Below, piece by piece: positions 29,834 through 39,219 of a stretch of DNA of 64,000 nt. The translations under genes were made by a program, and so were the position numbers. The DNA is from Longimicrobiales bacterium (GTDB taxonomy: Bacteria > Gemmatimonadota > Gemmatimonadetes > Longimicrobiales > Gaopeijiaceae). The notes below the pieces were generated by a model, which saw nothing but the letters and a program-made list of their open reading frames with translations, was not told where the DNA came from and made no database searches. How positions within the stretch are numbered: the first letter of the stretch is position 1; every line of letters begins with the position of its first letter. The DNA is taken from the NCBI GenBank assembly GCA_965198065.1, contig CBDAON010000004.1, forward strand, positions 608,001 to 672,000, written 5' to 3'.

Positions 29834-32131
29834 TCACCGGAGGGTCCGGAGTCTCTCGGTCACATCTTTGAAGTTGATGTCGAGCGAGAAGATCTTCTCG
29901 TAGAAATCCCTGGCCGCCGTCGAGTCGCCGATGGATTCGTTTGCCTTTCCGAGGAAGTAGTACACGCCCAGAAGGTCGTCCTCGACCTGGATGGGAAGCT
30001 TCACTCCTCGCTCGAGCGTGCGGATCGCGGCCTGGGCCTCGCCCTTGTCCAGGAAGCACTGCCCAAGCATCTCGAAGGCCGCGAGGCTCTTGGGATCGGC
30101 CCGAAGAGATCGCTGGAACTCCTCGATCGCCTCGTCCAGAAGGCCCATCTCCTTGTACGCCGTTCCCAGATCGTAATGGGACCTCGCGTCGTCCGCGGAG
30201 AGGTTCTCGGAGACCTTGTCCTTGAACTGGGAGAGCATTTTGGCGAAGTCCGCAGCCTCGTCCCCGCTTGGCTCGCCGGCCGCGACGACCCAGCGGGTCG
30301 TCTTCTCCTCGTCCTCGTCCTCGTCCAGGACGAGCGATCCGAGGTCCACGTAGTCCTCTCCCTGCGGGGCGGCCGGCGCTGGCGTCGGCTCGGGGGCAGT
30401 CGGGGGCGCCTCCGGGTGAGGCTCGACCACCTTACCCAGGGCCTGGAGGGCAGTCGGATTGTCCGGGTCGAGCGAGAGGACCTGGCGGAAGACCGCTTCG
30501 GCCTTGAGACGCTTCCCGCTCTTAGAAAGCGCCTCCCCGAGCTCGAGGAAGGACTGGACCAGAAAGGCCTCGTCGCTCGACTGATATGCGTATTCCACGA
30601 GGCGCTGCCGGAGCTCGATCCGGTCCGGGTCCATCTCGAGGAGCTCGCGTACCACGCCGACCGCCTCCCGCACTTCCCCGTTCCGTGCGAAGGCCTGGTG
30701 CCCGTGCTCGAGCGCCTCAGAGGCCCCCGCCTCGTCCCCGGCCGCCAGGAGTGCCCGGCCGAGGAGGCGCCAGCCCTCGGCATCCCCCGGATCCTTCTCC
30801 ACCCGCGCTCGAAGTGTCGCGGCAGGATCGTCAGCAACGGCCGGCTCGGGCGCTTCCTCCACGGCTTCCTCGACGGCCGGCCCGCCCACCTCTTCCTTCT
30901 CTTCCTCCAGCGGCCCACCCGCCTCCTCGATGGCGGCTTCGAGGCGGTCCGACACCCCGGCGGGCTCCATCGCCTCTTCCTCCGGCTCTTCCTCCGCCTC
31001 CTCCTCTCCGAAGGACATGAGCGGAAGGTCGAACCCCGCGTCCACCGCACCCTCCCCCTCCTCGCCCGTCCCGCCGCCCTCCTCGTCGATAACGCCCGCG
31101 AAGGACGGGTCCAGCTCTCCGAGGGTTTCACCGCCGTCGTCCTCGGGTGTTTCGGTCGGGCCGCTCAAAGTGAGCTCCGGGTCGTCGAAGCCCGGGAGCG
31201 GCGAGTCGTCTTCGGGGATCGCGGCGACCAGCTCGGCTTCTTCCTCCTCCGGCGCTTCCGGCTCCGGCTCCACGGGCTCCAACCCGTCTGGATCCGGCGC
31301 GAGGGGCTCCGGCGCTTCCGACTCAGCTCCGCCGGGATCGACCTCCCCGACCGAGATGTCGGCAAACGAGATGTCCTCCGGGGGACTCGCCTCGGGCGGA
31401 GCCTCGGACCCGGCGGCGGCGGGCTCCGGGACTTCGAGGGTCGTGGTCTCGAACCCGGCGAGACCCCCGGCCTCGACCATCCCGACCTCCTCCTCCTCCT
31501 CCTCGGGCTCGATGCTCGGGACCGGCTGCCCGGGGGCGATTTCCCAGACCCGCTCCTGGAGCTCTCGGGCGCGTTCTATCTCTCCTGCCTTGACCAGCAC
31601 CCGGCACGCCTCGGCGAGGTAGCGGACGGCATCCTCCGGCCCATCTCGAAGCACGAGCTGCTCGGCCAGGAAGACACGGACGTCCACGTCCTGCGGCATC
31701 AGCTCGGCGAACTCCCCGAGAGCCGAGAGCGCCTCGTCCACCTTCCCCCTGGCCTGCATCATCTCGGCGTACGTCAGATAGTTCTGACGCGCGTCCACGA
31801 CGAAGCCCTGTTTCGCCCGGATCTGTCCCATACGTAGGAAGGGCTGAGGTCGCGTCGGGTCGTTACGGATGATCTTGCGGCAGACGGCGATGGCGTTGTT
31901 CGGAAGCTCGATCTCGATATAGAGCTCGATCGCGCGCTCGTAGTTCGCCACAGCGCCATCGGCGTCTCCGAGGCGGATCTGGAGATCCCCAACCCTATTG
32001 TGGAGGGCGATATCCGGCTCCTCGCCCTCATCCTGTGCGTCGATGGCCTGGAGGTAGAGGTCCAACGCCTTCGGCCACTCCTCGTTCTGCTCGTGCCGTC
32101 GGGCTTCTTCTTTCAGAGATTCTCTGCTCAT
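29834..32131 (-). CDS. Large TPR protein with three TPR blocks and Glu/Pro-rich linkers (SgmX-like)
   Basis: TPRs (HNRVGDLQIRLGD..A...YERA), long acidic linker, C-terminal SHYDLGTAYKEMGLLDEAIEEFQ; GGAGGT RBS. Confidence 0.85.
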   Translation of the reverse strand: MSRESLKEEARRHEQNEEWPKALDLYLQAIDAQDEGEEPDIALHNRVGDLQIRLGDADGAVANYERAIELYIEIELPNNAIAVCRKIIRNDPTRPQPFLRMGQIRAKQGFVVDARQNYLTYAEMMQARGKVDEALSALGEFAELMPQDVDVRVFLAEQLVLRDGPEDAVRYLAEACRVLVKAGEIERARELQERVWEIAPGQPVPSIEPEEEEEEVGMVEAGGLAGFETTTLEVPEPAAAGSEAPPEASPPEDISFADISVGEVDPGGAESEAPEPLAPDPDGLEPVEPEPEAPEEEEAELVAAIPEDDSPLPGFDDPELTLSGPTETPEDDGGETLGELDPSFAGVIDEEGGGTGEEGEGAVDAGFDLPLMSFGEEEAEEEPEEEAMEPAGVSDRLEAAIEEAGGPLEEEKEEVGGPAVEEAVEEAPEPAVADDPAATLRARVEKDPGDAEGWRLLGRALLAAGDEAGASEALEHGHQAFARNGEVREAVGVVRELLEMDPDRIELRQRLVEYAYQSSDEAFLVQSFLELGEALSKSGKRLKAEAVFRQVLSLDPDNPTALQALGKVVEPHPEAPPTAPEPTPAPAAPQGEDYVDLGSLVLDEDEDEEKTTRWVVAAGEPSGDEAADFAKMLSQFKDKVSENLSADDARSHYDLGTAYKEMGLLDEAIEEFQRSLRADPKSLAAFEMLGQCFLDKGEAQAAIRTLERGVKLPIQVEDDLLGVYYFLGKANESIGDSTAARDFYEKIFSLDINFKDVTERLRTLR

Positions 32132-32132
32132 G

Positions 32133-33161
32133 CTATGCACCTCCCAGCGCCTCCTCGAGCCGCGCCGCCGCCGCGCGGACATCGGGAGGCGTGCGATCTC
32201 CCGACGTCCGTACGGCTTCCGCCAGATCCCCGACAGCCGTCCGGCCCCTCTCCCCGAGGTGCCGTACGAGTCGTGAGGATAGGACCCGATCGGGGCTCGG
32301 GTCCAGAAGCCTCAGGCGATCGGCCGCCGCGTCGAGGAGGAGACGCTCCGGGAGCATGCCGATGACCTCGGTTCCGCGCACCCTCCCTCCCGCGGATCGG
32401 ACCCGTTCCTCCAGCGCGTCGAAGACCTCCAAGGGGTGCTGTGCCTCGACGTCCTCGAGATTCATCGAGATCTGCATCCGCGACTGGCTCGGCAGGACGA
32501 GCGCCAACGCGCGGAGTTGGGGAAAGCCACCGTCCCGCTCCCGCATCCCCGCCGCCACCGCCTGCAGCCGTTCTCGCTCGAGTCCCTCGATCTCGATGTT
32601 CCATGCCAGGAGCGGCGGCCGCGCCCCCACGCAGGTCACGCCGGCCGTGGGATGCGCGCCCGCGCGATGCCAGCCTTCCGGGAGGACGTCCGGCCGACGC
32701 CCCTCCGGAAACGCGTCCAGGAGCGCCTCGAAGCCGCCGCGCCGGAGCTCGCCGAGCCCCCGACCCCGCGGGTCCGACGCCTCCCCGTAAAAATAGACGG
32801 GAACGCCGACCTCCTCCGCGAGGCGGCTCCCCACCCTCAGACTCGAGACCCGGGCGTCCTCCAGGGTCAGCCCGACCAATGGAGCGAAAGGGAGGACATC
32901 CAGGGCCCCGATGCGAGGGTGGACCCCTCGATGGGCCCGAAGATCGATCGCCTCCACCGCGAGGCGGGCCACGGAGACCGACGCCTCTTCCACGGCCCGA
33001 GGCGCCCCCACATACGTGAGAACGGCCCGATTGTGGTCCGGATCGGCTGACACGTCCAGGACTTCCGCGCCCGCATCCGCAACGGCCTCCTCGATACGCA
33101 CGAGGAGGGCCGGATCCCGCCCCGCGCTGAAGTTCGGCACAGCCTCCAGAACGGGCGACAT
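32133..33161 (-). CDS. ftcD: Glutamate formimidoyltransferase (no cyclodeaminase domain)
   Basis: EAVPNFSAGRD, DPDHNRAV, HRGVHPRIGALDVLPF, QISMNL, EVIGM. Confidence 0.92.
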   Translation of the reverse strand: MSPVLEAVPNFSAGRDPALLVRIEEAVADAGAEVLDVSADPDHNRAVLTYVGAPRAVEEASVSVARLAVEAIDLRAHRGVHPRIGALDVLPFAPLVGLTLEDARVSSLRVGSRLAEEVGVPVYFYGEASDPRGRGLGELRRGGFEALLDAFPEGRRPDVLPEGWHRAGAHPTAGVTCVGARPPLLAWNIEIEGLERERLQAVAAGMRERDGGFPQLRALALVLPSQSRMQISMNLEDVEAQHPLEVFDALEERVRSAGGRVRGTEVIGMLPERLLLDAAADRLRLLDPSPDRVLSSRLVRHLGERGRTAVGDLAEAVRTSGDRTPPDVRAAAARLEEALGGA

Positions 33162-33179
33162 GGCCCGGAAGATAGCGGC

Positions 33180-36113
33180 TCAAAAGCCCTGCTGCACCCC
33201 TTGCAGGCTGCGCTGCTCGTAGTCGAAGTGAAGGTCCTGATTGGCCCGAAGGGAGATCTCGAACGTGAACGACCAGTTCCCGGTCGGGGTCTGGAAGAAG
33301 CCGAACGATGCCTGCCACTCGTGGAGGTCCCGCTGGAGCCGCACGCGCTGATCGTTGAACCGCCCTGCCTCGACGTCGTACGACGTGCTCCACTGCGCGG
33401 TCCAGTTCTGCGTGGGCGCGAAGGACATGCTGGCGCTGATCATCTGGGCCCTGGACGCGTTTCCCAGCGTAGAGGACCGCGGCCGCCGGAAGGAGTAGTT
33501 GACCTGGGTGTCCCAGCCCTCCCGGCGAGGCGGGGGTTCCGCCGAGTCCGGGCCGGAAGGGATCACCTGACCGAAGGCCGCGGGTTGTAGGTACGACTCG
33601 TCCACCCCCGTCGCGTCCGGCGGCGGCGGCTCCGGCTCGGCCCCCGGGGGGGGCGGATCGGCCCCGAAGAGCCGCGCAATGGCACGCACGATCGCCGACC
33701 GCTCGCTCAGCGAGAAGCTCATGGAGAGCTGCGAGAGTTGGGGGCGGAACTTGCGTCCTCCCTGGCCATCCTGTCCCGGCTCCTCGAAGAGGTTGTGGGA
33801 GAACGAGAGGCTCAACCCACGCAGGTAGTCCGAGCCCACGTCGTTCCGGATGGTCGTCGTCGTGAACCCGTCCAGGAAGCGTCCCGTCGAATCGGCCCGG
33901 ACCAGGTCGTAGGCGAGAGCCGTGGTCCGAAGGGAGAGGAGGTTGACGACCCGGGACGGGGGAAGCCGGGTCGCCCCACCGTCGACCGCCTCCTGGGGGA
34001 CCGAGGTCGCGGGGCCGACCGCCACTCCGCCCGTGTCCGCGCCCGGAACCCCGAGGGAATCCACCGCGGCTGCCAGGCTGTCGCCCGGAGCCGCCGGGGG
34101 GGGCTGGATCTCCGCCGCGGCCTCCTCGGTGAGCCTCGCCTCCCAGGTCTGGTTGACCCCGAACGTCATGACGCTCGAGCGGGCCAGGGCTCCGGACCCG
34201 AAGACCGCGATCTGGCGCTCGGTCGGTTGCACCTGCGGCGAGTACGACCATCTCGCGTTGGGCGTGATCTTGTGACGCACGGCCTCGAACGGTCCGAACC
34301 CGGGATAGAACCCATAGAGATCCGTGTGGAGCCCGACCCCCACGGAAACCCGCACGGGCGCGGCCGCCGCATCGGCCGCCTGAGGAATCGAGTCGAATTG
34401 GAGCAGGGTCCCCGAGAGCGTGACGTTCGGGTTCAACGTCGTCGAGCCGATGAGATGCTGCCGATAGGAGAGGCTCGTGGACCAGGTGATCCGCTCCCGC
34501 CGAACCTCGCCTCCATCGGGGACCGTAACGATCAGGGTGTCAGGGACGTCCTGAAACACGTCCCGCGCCGTCGAGACGTTCGCGCTAAGCGAGAAGTCGC
34601 CGAGCCCCAGGGAGCCACCGATACCCGCATCTGTCCGGATCTGCGACGTGCTTCTGAGGCTGAACGCGGTGTCCGGCAAGATGGAGCGGTCGAGAACCCT
34701 CCGGGTGAGCTTGGACGACCCCGACACCGAGAGGTTGTTGTACCAGCTCGCCGTTTGGGGCGGGGCGTCGAAGAGCGTCAGGGTCGAGAGGGAAGCGCTG
34801 GCCGAGGGGAGCGTCATGTCCACTCGGTCGTCGCTCAGGTACTGCTTTCGACTCGCCCCGACGTTCGCCGTGCCCCAATCGAATCGCCGGTTCAGGCTCG
34901 CATCGGAGTCGATCGTCTGAGTGGTCTCCCGGGGGTCGAACGAGTTTCGGCGCAGGAACACCGAGCTCGATACGTAGCGGCCCGAGGCCCGAAACGCGGA
35001 CCGCTCCGACATCCGCCAGTCGTGCTGCGTCGACACGGCCAGGTCGCGCTTGCCAGATTCGCTCCAGAACCGCTTGAGGTTCAGGCTGCCCGAGAGGAAC
35101 TGACGGGCCCATCGGTACCCCATCCGGGCCTCCCCCGCCGTGTAGTTGTTCGAGAACCAGTCCATGGCGACGGTGAGGTCCGTGTAGTCGGTCATGGCCC
35201 AGTAGTAACCCAGGTTCGAGATGCGGCGCTCGTACCCCGCCGACGTGCGGACAATGTCGTTCATCGAGAACACGGGTGTGAGGAGCCCGCTCGCGCGGCC
35301 GGTTCCGAGGTTCTGCGCGAGGAACGGCAGCCAGAAGACCGGCACGTCCGCGACATACATCGTGACGGATCGGGCGACGAGGACCTGCCCGCCCACCACC
35401 TTGAGCCGCGAAGCCTGGAAGAAGGTGTGGGGCTCAGGGAGCAGGCAGGACGTGAAGGCCGTCGTGCTCCCGAAGAGGAGACCCTGCTGGATCGAGTCCA
35501 GGTCGCCCCGGACGATCCACGGCCCGCCCTCGTTGTAGGTCGTCTCCGCTCCGAGCGCCGTGCCGCGCCCCTCGCCCAGGGAGTAGATGAGCACGCGGCT
35601 CGTGACTGGCTCCCCGGCGTCGCGGCTGAACTGGGTCTGGCCCATCGTGCGGATTCGGCCCACCAGGTCGTCGTACGTAATGGCCGTATCGGCCACGAGC
35701 TGTATCCCCTGTCCCGAGAACGTGGCTTCCCGAAGGCTGTCCCCCTCGAGCACGAGCGTCCGCTCGGGGACCTGGAAATCGGCGCGGATTCCCTCGTAGG
35801 TCGCTACGCTGAATCCCTGGAGCTCGAGAAGGTCCCGCATGAGCGGGTCAGCGCCCTCGGGCGCTTGAGCACGCGGCACGGGCGGGAGGCCGGCTCCCGC
35901 CTCGGCGTTCGCCGCTCCGGCCGGGCCCTGGAGAGGGTCCGGCGGCACCGTGTCCGGTTCCGCCCCCAACTCCCGGAGGCGGTCCAGGACGAACGCCCTG
36001 AGCGAGTCTGGCCGCGAGGTCGGAGCTGCAGGATCCTGGGCCCGGCCCTCGCACGGCATCACCCATACGGCGGCTACGAGCCACCAGACCGGACGTAGCC
36101 GGATCGCTCTCAC
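33180..36113 (-). CDS. lptD: LPS-assembly outer-membrane protein LptD-like
   Basis: Signal peptide, FTSC..PEPH, VPVFWLPF, SGLLTP, NLGYYWA, C-terminal barrel strands RDLHEWQASF. Confidence 0.85.
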   Translation of the reverse strand: MRAIRLRPVWWLVAAVWVMPCEGRAQDPAAPTSRPDSLRAFVLDRLRELGAEPDTVPPDPLQGPAGAANAEAGAGLPPVPRAQAPEGADPLMRDLLELQGFSVATYEGIRADFQVPERTLVLEGDSLREATFSGQGIQLVADTAITYDDLVGRIRTMGQTQFSRDAGEPVTSRVLIYSLGEGRGTALGAETTYNEGGPWIVRGDLDSIQQGLLFGSTTAFTSCLLPEPHTFFQASRLKVVGGQVLVARSVTMYVADVPVFWLPFLAQNLGTGRASGLLTPVFSMNDIVRTSAGYERRISNLGYYWAMTDYTDLTVAMDWFSNNYTAGEARMGYRWARQFLSGSLNLKRFWSESGKRDLAVSTQHDWRMSERSAFRASGRYVSSSVFLRRNSFDPRETTQTIDSDASLNRRFDWGTANVGASRKQYLSDDRVDMTLPSASASLSTLTLFDAPPQTASWYNNLSVSGSSKLTRRVLDRSILPDTAFSLRSTSQIRTDAGIGGSLGLGDFSLSANVSTARDVFQDVPDTLIVTVPDGGEVRRERITWSTSLSYRQHLIGSTTLNPNVTLSGTLLQFDSIPQAADAAAAPVRVSVGVGLHTDLYGFYPGFGPFEAVRHKITPNARWSYSPQVQPTERQIAVFGSGALARSSVMTFGVNQTWEARLTEEAAAEIQPPPAAPGDSLAAAVDSLGVPGADTGGVAVGPATSVPQEAVDGGATRLPPSRVVNLLSLRTTALAYDLVRADSTGRFLDGFTTTTIRNDVGSDYLRGLSLSFSHNLFEEPGQDGQGGRKFRPQLSQLSMSFSLSERSAIVRAIARLFGADPPPPGAEPEPPPPDATGVDESYLQPAAFGQVIPSGPDSAEPPPRREGWDTQVNYSFRRPRSSTLGNASRAQMISASMSFAPTQNWTAQWSTSYDVEAGRFNDQRVRLQRDLHEWQASFGFFQTPTGNWSFTFEISLRANQDLHFDYEQRSLQGVQQGF

Positions 36114-36925
36114 GGGCCCTCGGCTCCGATCGTTCCCGGCGGCGGCTCTTCGATGGGCTCGAAGGCGGACTCCCGCTCGGCCCTCTGCCTCCTTCGATAG
36201 ATCATCCCCGAGAGCAAGATGCTCCCCTCGTAGAGGACCAGCATCGGACCCATCATGAGGAACGTGGAGATCAGGTCCCCGGGAGTCACCATGGAGGCGA
36301 CGATCGTAATCGCCACGATCGCGTGCCGCCGCTTGCTTCGCATTAAGCGAGGCGTGACGAGGCCGAGCGAGGAGAGGATCATGACGACGATGGGGAGCTC
36401 GAACACGACGCCGAAGGCAAGCAAGAGGCGGGTCACGAAGCCCAGGTACTGGCCGACCTCAATCGTCGCTACCAGGTACTCCGGCTGAAAGCTCACCCCC
36501 CAGACCAGGGCGAGGGGGAGGACAAGAAAGTACGCCATCGCCACGCCGGCGGCAAAGAGCACGAGGCCGAAGTAGAGGCTCGGCACGATCACCCGCCTCT
36601 CCTTGGAACTGAGCCCCGGTGAGAGGAACCCCCAGACCTCGCGCACGACCAGGGGGAACGCGAGGATCAGCCCCACCACCAGCGCCAGCTTCAGGGTGAC
36701 GAAGAACGGGGTCATGGGATGGAAGAACGCGAGCCCGTCCTCGCTGAGGATCTCGCGGCTCGGCAGGATCAGCAGCTCGAGGACCCCAAACTGCTGGACG
36801 ACGACGAACCCCAGGACCGCACCAGCGAGGATCGCCCCGAGCGAGCGCAGGATGCGCCACCTCAGCTCCTCGAGGTGTTCGAGGAAGGGCATCTCTCCCA
36901 GCGGGTTCCGGGCTCGGCGGGCCAT
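36110..36925 (-). CDS. tatC: Tat translocase TatC
   Basis: EMPFLEHLEELRWR, FLSPGL, FGVVFELP, TPGD, LYEGSI. Confidence 0.97.
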   Translation of the reverse strand: MARRARNPLGEMPFLEHLEELRWRILRSLGAILAGAVLGFVVVQQFGVLELLILPSREILSEDGLAFFHPMTPFFVTLKLALVVGLILAFPLVVREVWGFLSPGLSSKERRVIVPSLYFGLVLFAAGVAMAYFLVLPLALVWGVSFQPEYLVATIEVGQYLGFVTRLLLAFGVVFELPIVVMILSSLGLVTPRLMRSKRRHAIVAITIVASMVTPGDLISTFLMMGPMLVLYEGSILLSGMIYRRRQRAERESAFEPIEEPPPGTIGAEGP

Positions 36926-36956
36926 CGAAGTCGGGGGTGGAGTTCTGTACGGAGCG

Positions 36957-37457
36957 TCACCAGAGGGGGAGCTCGGACTGGTGCAGCTGCTGGAGCTCCC
37001 GCTGGCCGCGCTCCTTCATCTCACGGACGAACTCTTGGAACTCATCCTCACCCTGGAAGTCTCGATACACCGAAGCGAAGCGAACGTAGGCAACACGGTC
37101 AATGGGCTTGAGCCGCTCCATGACCAACTCGCCGATGAGCTGGCTCGGAATCTCGAGCCCGGTCTCCTTCGAGAGAGCGTCCTCGATCTCGTCCGTGATG
37201 GCCTCCACCTGCGCAAGCGAGACCGGTCGCTTGGCGCACGCCGTGCGGATGGCTCTGACGAGCTTCTCGCGGTCGAACTCCTCGGAGCTTCCGCCCTGCT
37301 TGAGGACCTGAATGGGCCGTTCCTCGACGTACTCGTAGGTCGTGAAGCGTGACCGACAGGTGAGGCACTCCCGCCGGCGACGCACGGCTCTGCCGCCACG
37401 ACTGGCGCGGGTATCGACGACCCGGTTCTCCGAGGAGTCACAGCGAGGGCAGCGCAT
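36957..37457 (-). CDS. nrdR: Transcriptional repressor NrdR
   Basis: MRCPRC..VVDTR..RRRRECLTC..RFTTYE, ATP cone, VAYVRFASVY. Confidence 0.98.
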   Translation of the reverse strand: MRCPRCDSSENRVVDTRASRGGRAVRRRRECLTCRSRFTTYEYVEERPIQVLKQGGSSEEFDREKLVRAIRTACAKRPVSLAQVEAITDEIEDALSKETGLEIPSQLIGELVMERLKPIDRVAYVRFASVYRDFQGEDEFQEFVREMKERGQRELQQLHQSELPLW

Positions 37458-37484
37458 GACCCCCTATGCTGGTTGGGCGACGCC

Positions 37485-38243
37485 CTACTGAAGGTCGCTG
37501 AGCGCCGACCTCGCCAGCTCGGCCGTGCCGCTCTCGGGCCACGTGTTCACGACCACTTCGAGGTGGCGCTCGGCCTCGGCCCGGTCTCCCATCTCCAGGT
37601 GGAGCAGCGCGGCACGGTAGTGGGCGTCGGGTACCTTGTCGGCGGTGGGATGGTACTCGGGGATCTCCAGGAACGCCGCGATCGCCTGCTCCCCCTCCCC
37701 CTCCTCCACCAGGATCTCGGCCAGGAAGAACCGGGCCTCCGCAGCGAGAGGATCGTTCGGATGGAGGTTCACGACGTCCTGGAACGCGATCCGCGCGGAC
37801 GAGTACACGCCACGACGGAACGCGGTCACGCCGGCCTGATAGAGCTCGTCGGCCGAGCTCGTCGCCCCCTGGGAGCCCACCGGCTGGACGCCGACGGCCT
37901 GGAAGCTCTGCTGCCGCCGGTCGCGTTCCATCTGGTCGCGGAGGCTCGCGAGCTGCTGCTGCGACACGCCCTGGAGCTCCTGGAGCAAGAGGATGTTCTC
38001 CTCGAGTGTCGCGAGACGGCGGGCCGTCTCCGCACGCGCCTCCTGCTGCGCCTCGAGGAGCATCGCGAGCGTCGCCTGGACCTCCCGCTGCTCTCGCTGG
38101 AGCTCCCGGATCAGGGCCTGCTGCTGCGCGTACAGCTCCTGCTGGTTCGCCCCTATGTCCTGTACGTCGCGCTTGGTCGCAAAGCAACCGGCGAGAACGG
38201 GGATCAGCAGGATGGAAAGAAGGGGGGAGAGGCGCCTTTGCAT
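37485..38243 (-). CDS. cpoB: Tol-Pal protein CpoB/YbgF (lipoprotein)
   Basis: Lipobox LAGC, coiled coil, C-terminal TPRs; directly after pal. Confidence 0.88.
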   Translation of the reverse strand: MQRRLSPLLSILLIPVLAGCFATKRDVQDIGANQQELYAQQQALIRELQREQREVQATLAMLLEAQQEARAETARRLATLEENILLLQELQGVSQQQLASLRDQMERDRRQQSFQAVGVQPVGSQGATSSADELYQAGVTAFRRGVYSSARIAFQDVVNLHPNDPLAAEARFFLAEILVEEGEGEQAIAAFLEIPEYHPTADKVPDAHYRAALLHLEMGDRAEAERHLEVVVNTWPESGTAELARSALSDLQ

Positions 38244-38351
38244 AGTTCCCCGTACGTGCGGGACCGGAAACGGACGACTTTCCTGCACGGGCTACACCGG
38301 CCGGGGAACGAGGGGTCCACCCGGCCGGCGCGGTGCCGGGCTCGACCCTCG

Positions 38352-38380
38352 AGCCTAATAGGCAGGTCGAGGAGCGCCAA
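38352..38380 (-). promoter_or_regulatory. Possible promoter for cpoB
   Basis: Minus strand TTGGCG-N17-TAGGCT. Confidence 0.4.
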
Positions 38381-38440
38381 CGACGGAGATGGCCCGGTTG
38401 CCGCCGTAATCCGAAGGGCGCCCCCGCTTTCAGCGACCTG

Positions 38441-39016
38441 TCAAGGTTGGATCGCGTTCGCCCCCGCTGTGATGATGAACTCGTCCCTCCGGTTCTGCGC
38501 CCAGGCCGTCTCGTCGCTCCGGGCGACGAGCGGGCGCTCCTCCCCGAACGAGGTGATCGTCAAGCGGCCCGCTGCGATGCCATTCTGAACGTAGAAGTCC
38601 ACCACCGCCTGCGCGCGCCGGTTCCCGAGCGCGAGGTTGTACTCGTTCGAGCCACGCTCGTCGCAATGTCCCTCGATCCGGAGCTGAACCTGCGGGCTCG
38701 CCCGGAGGATCGGGAGCTTCTGGTTCAGGATCTGGAGGGCCGCGGGCGTCAGGTCCGACTGGTCGTACTCGAAGTTCACGCGCTGTTCGAGGATCTGCCG
38801 GTTCTGCGCGATCGCCGCTTGGCGCTGCGTTGCCGCCGCGGCGGCCGCCTCCTGGGCCCTGCGCACCGAGTCCTCATACGCCCGGAGCGAATCCAGGTTC
38901 GGGCCCGGCGCCTGCGCGGGTGCGGGTGGGGGCGGCGGGGGCGCTTCGCGGCGGCATGCCGCCACGGTCAGGCCCGTCAATAGGACGGGCACTATGAAGA
39001 GGCGGGTGCGGATCAT
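38441..39016 (-). CDS. pal: Peptidoglycan-associated lipoprotein Pal
   Basis: Lipobox VAAC; FEYDQSDL, IEGHCDERGSNEYNLALGNRRA, SFGEERP, NRRDEF. Confidence 0.97.
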   Translation of the reverse strand: MIRTRLFIVPVLLTGLTVAACRREAPPPPPPAPAQAPGPNLDSLRAYEDSVRRAQEAAAAAATQRQAAIAQNRQILEQRVNFEYDQSDLTPAALQILNQKLPILRASPQVQLRIEGHCDERGSNEYNLALGNRRAQAVVDFYVQNGIAAGRLTITSFGEERPLVARSDETAWAQNRRDEFIITAGANAIQP

Positions 39017-39155
39017 CGGTGCTCCTGGCAAGGATTTGTTGACGGGGCCCAACGCATCAGGAAATTCAGGTCTCGCTGGGACACGGCGCGCTTCGGTCCC
39101 TCTACGGTTCGGGCGACCTTTCCCCGGGCCGCACACCGGAGCAAGCTCAGACCTT

Positions 39156-39184
39156 CATATACGGCGACTGTCCGCGCCGCGCAA
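39156..39184 (-). promoter_or_regulatory. Possible promoter for pal
   Basis: Minus strand TTGCGC-N17-TATATG in the tolB-pal gap. Confidence 0.4.
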
Positions 39185-39219
39185 CGGCGTTCGCTTGTCA
39201 CGAACAATTTTCGTCCCGG

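Noticed and set aside
29393..31837. Long antisense ORFs (also 4272-6482, 18685-20232, 33738-36098, 50354-52252)
   Set aside because: Shadows of well-supported opposite-strand genes; stop codons are rare at this GC and the translations have no recognisable motifs.
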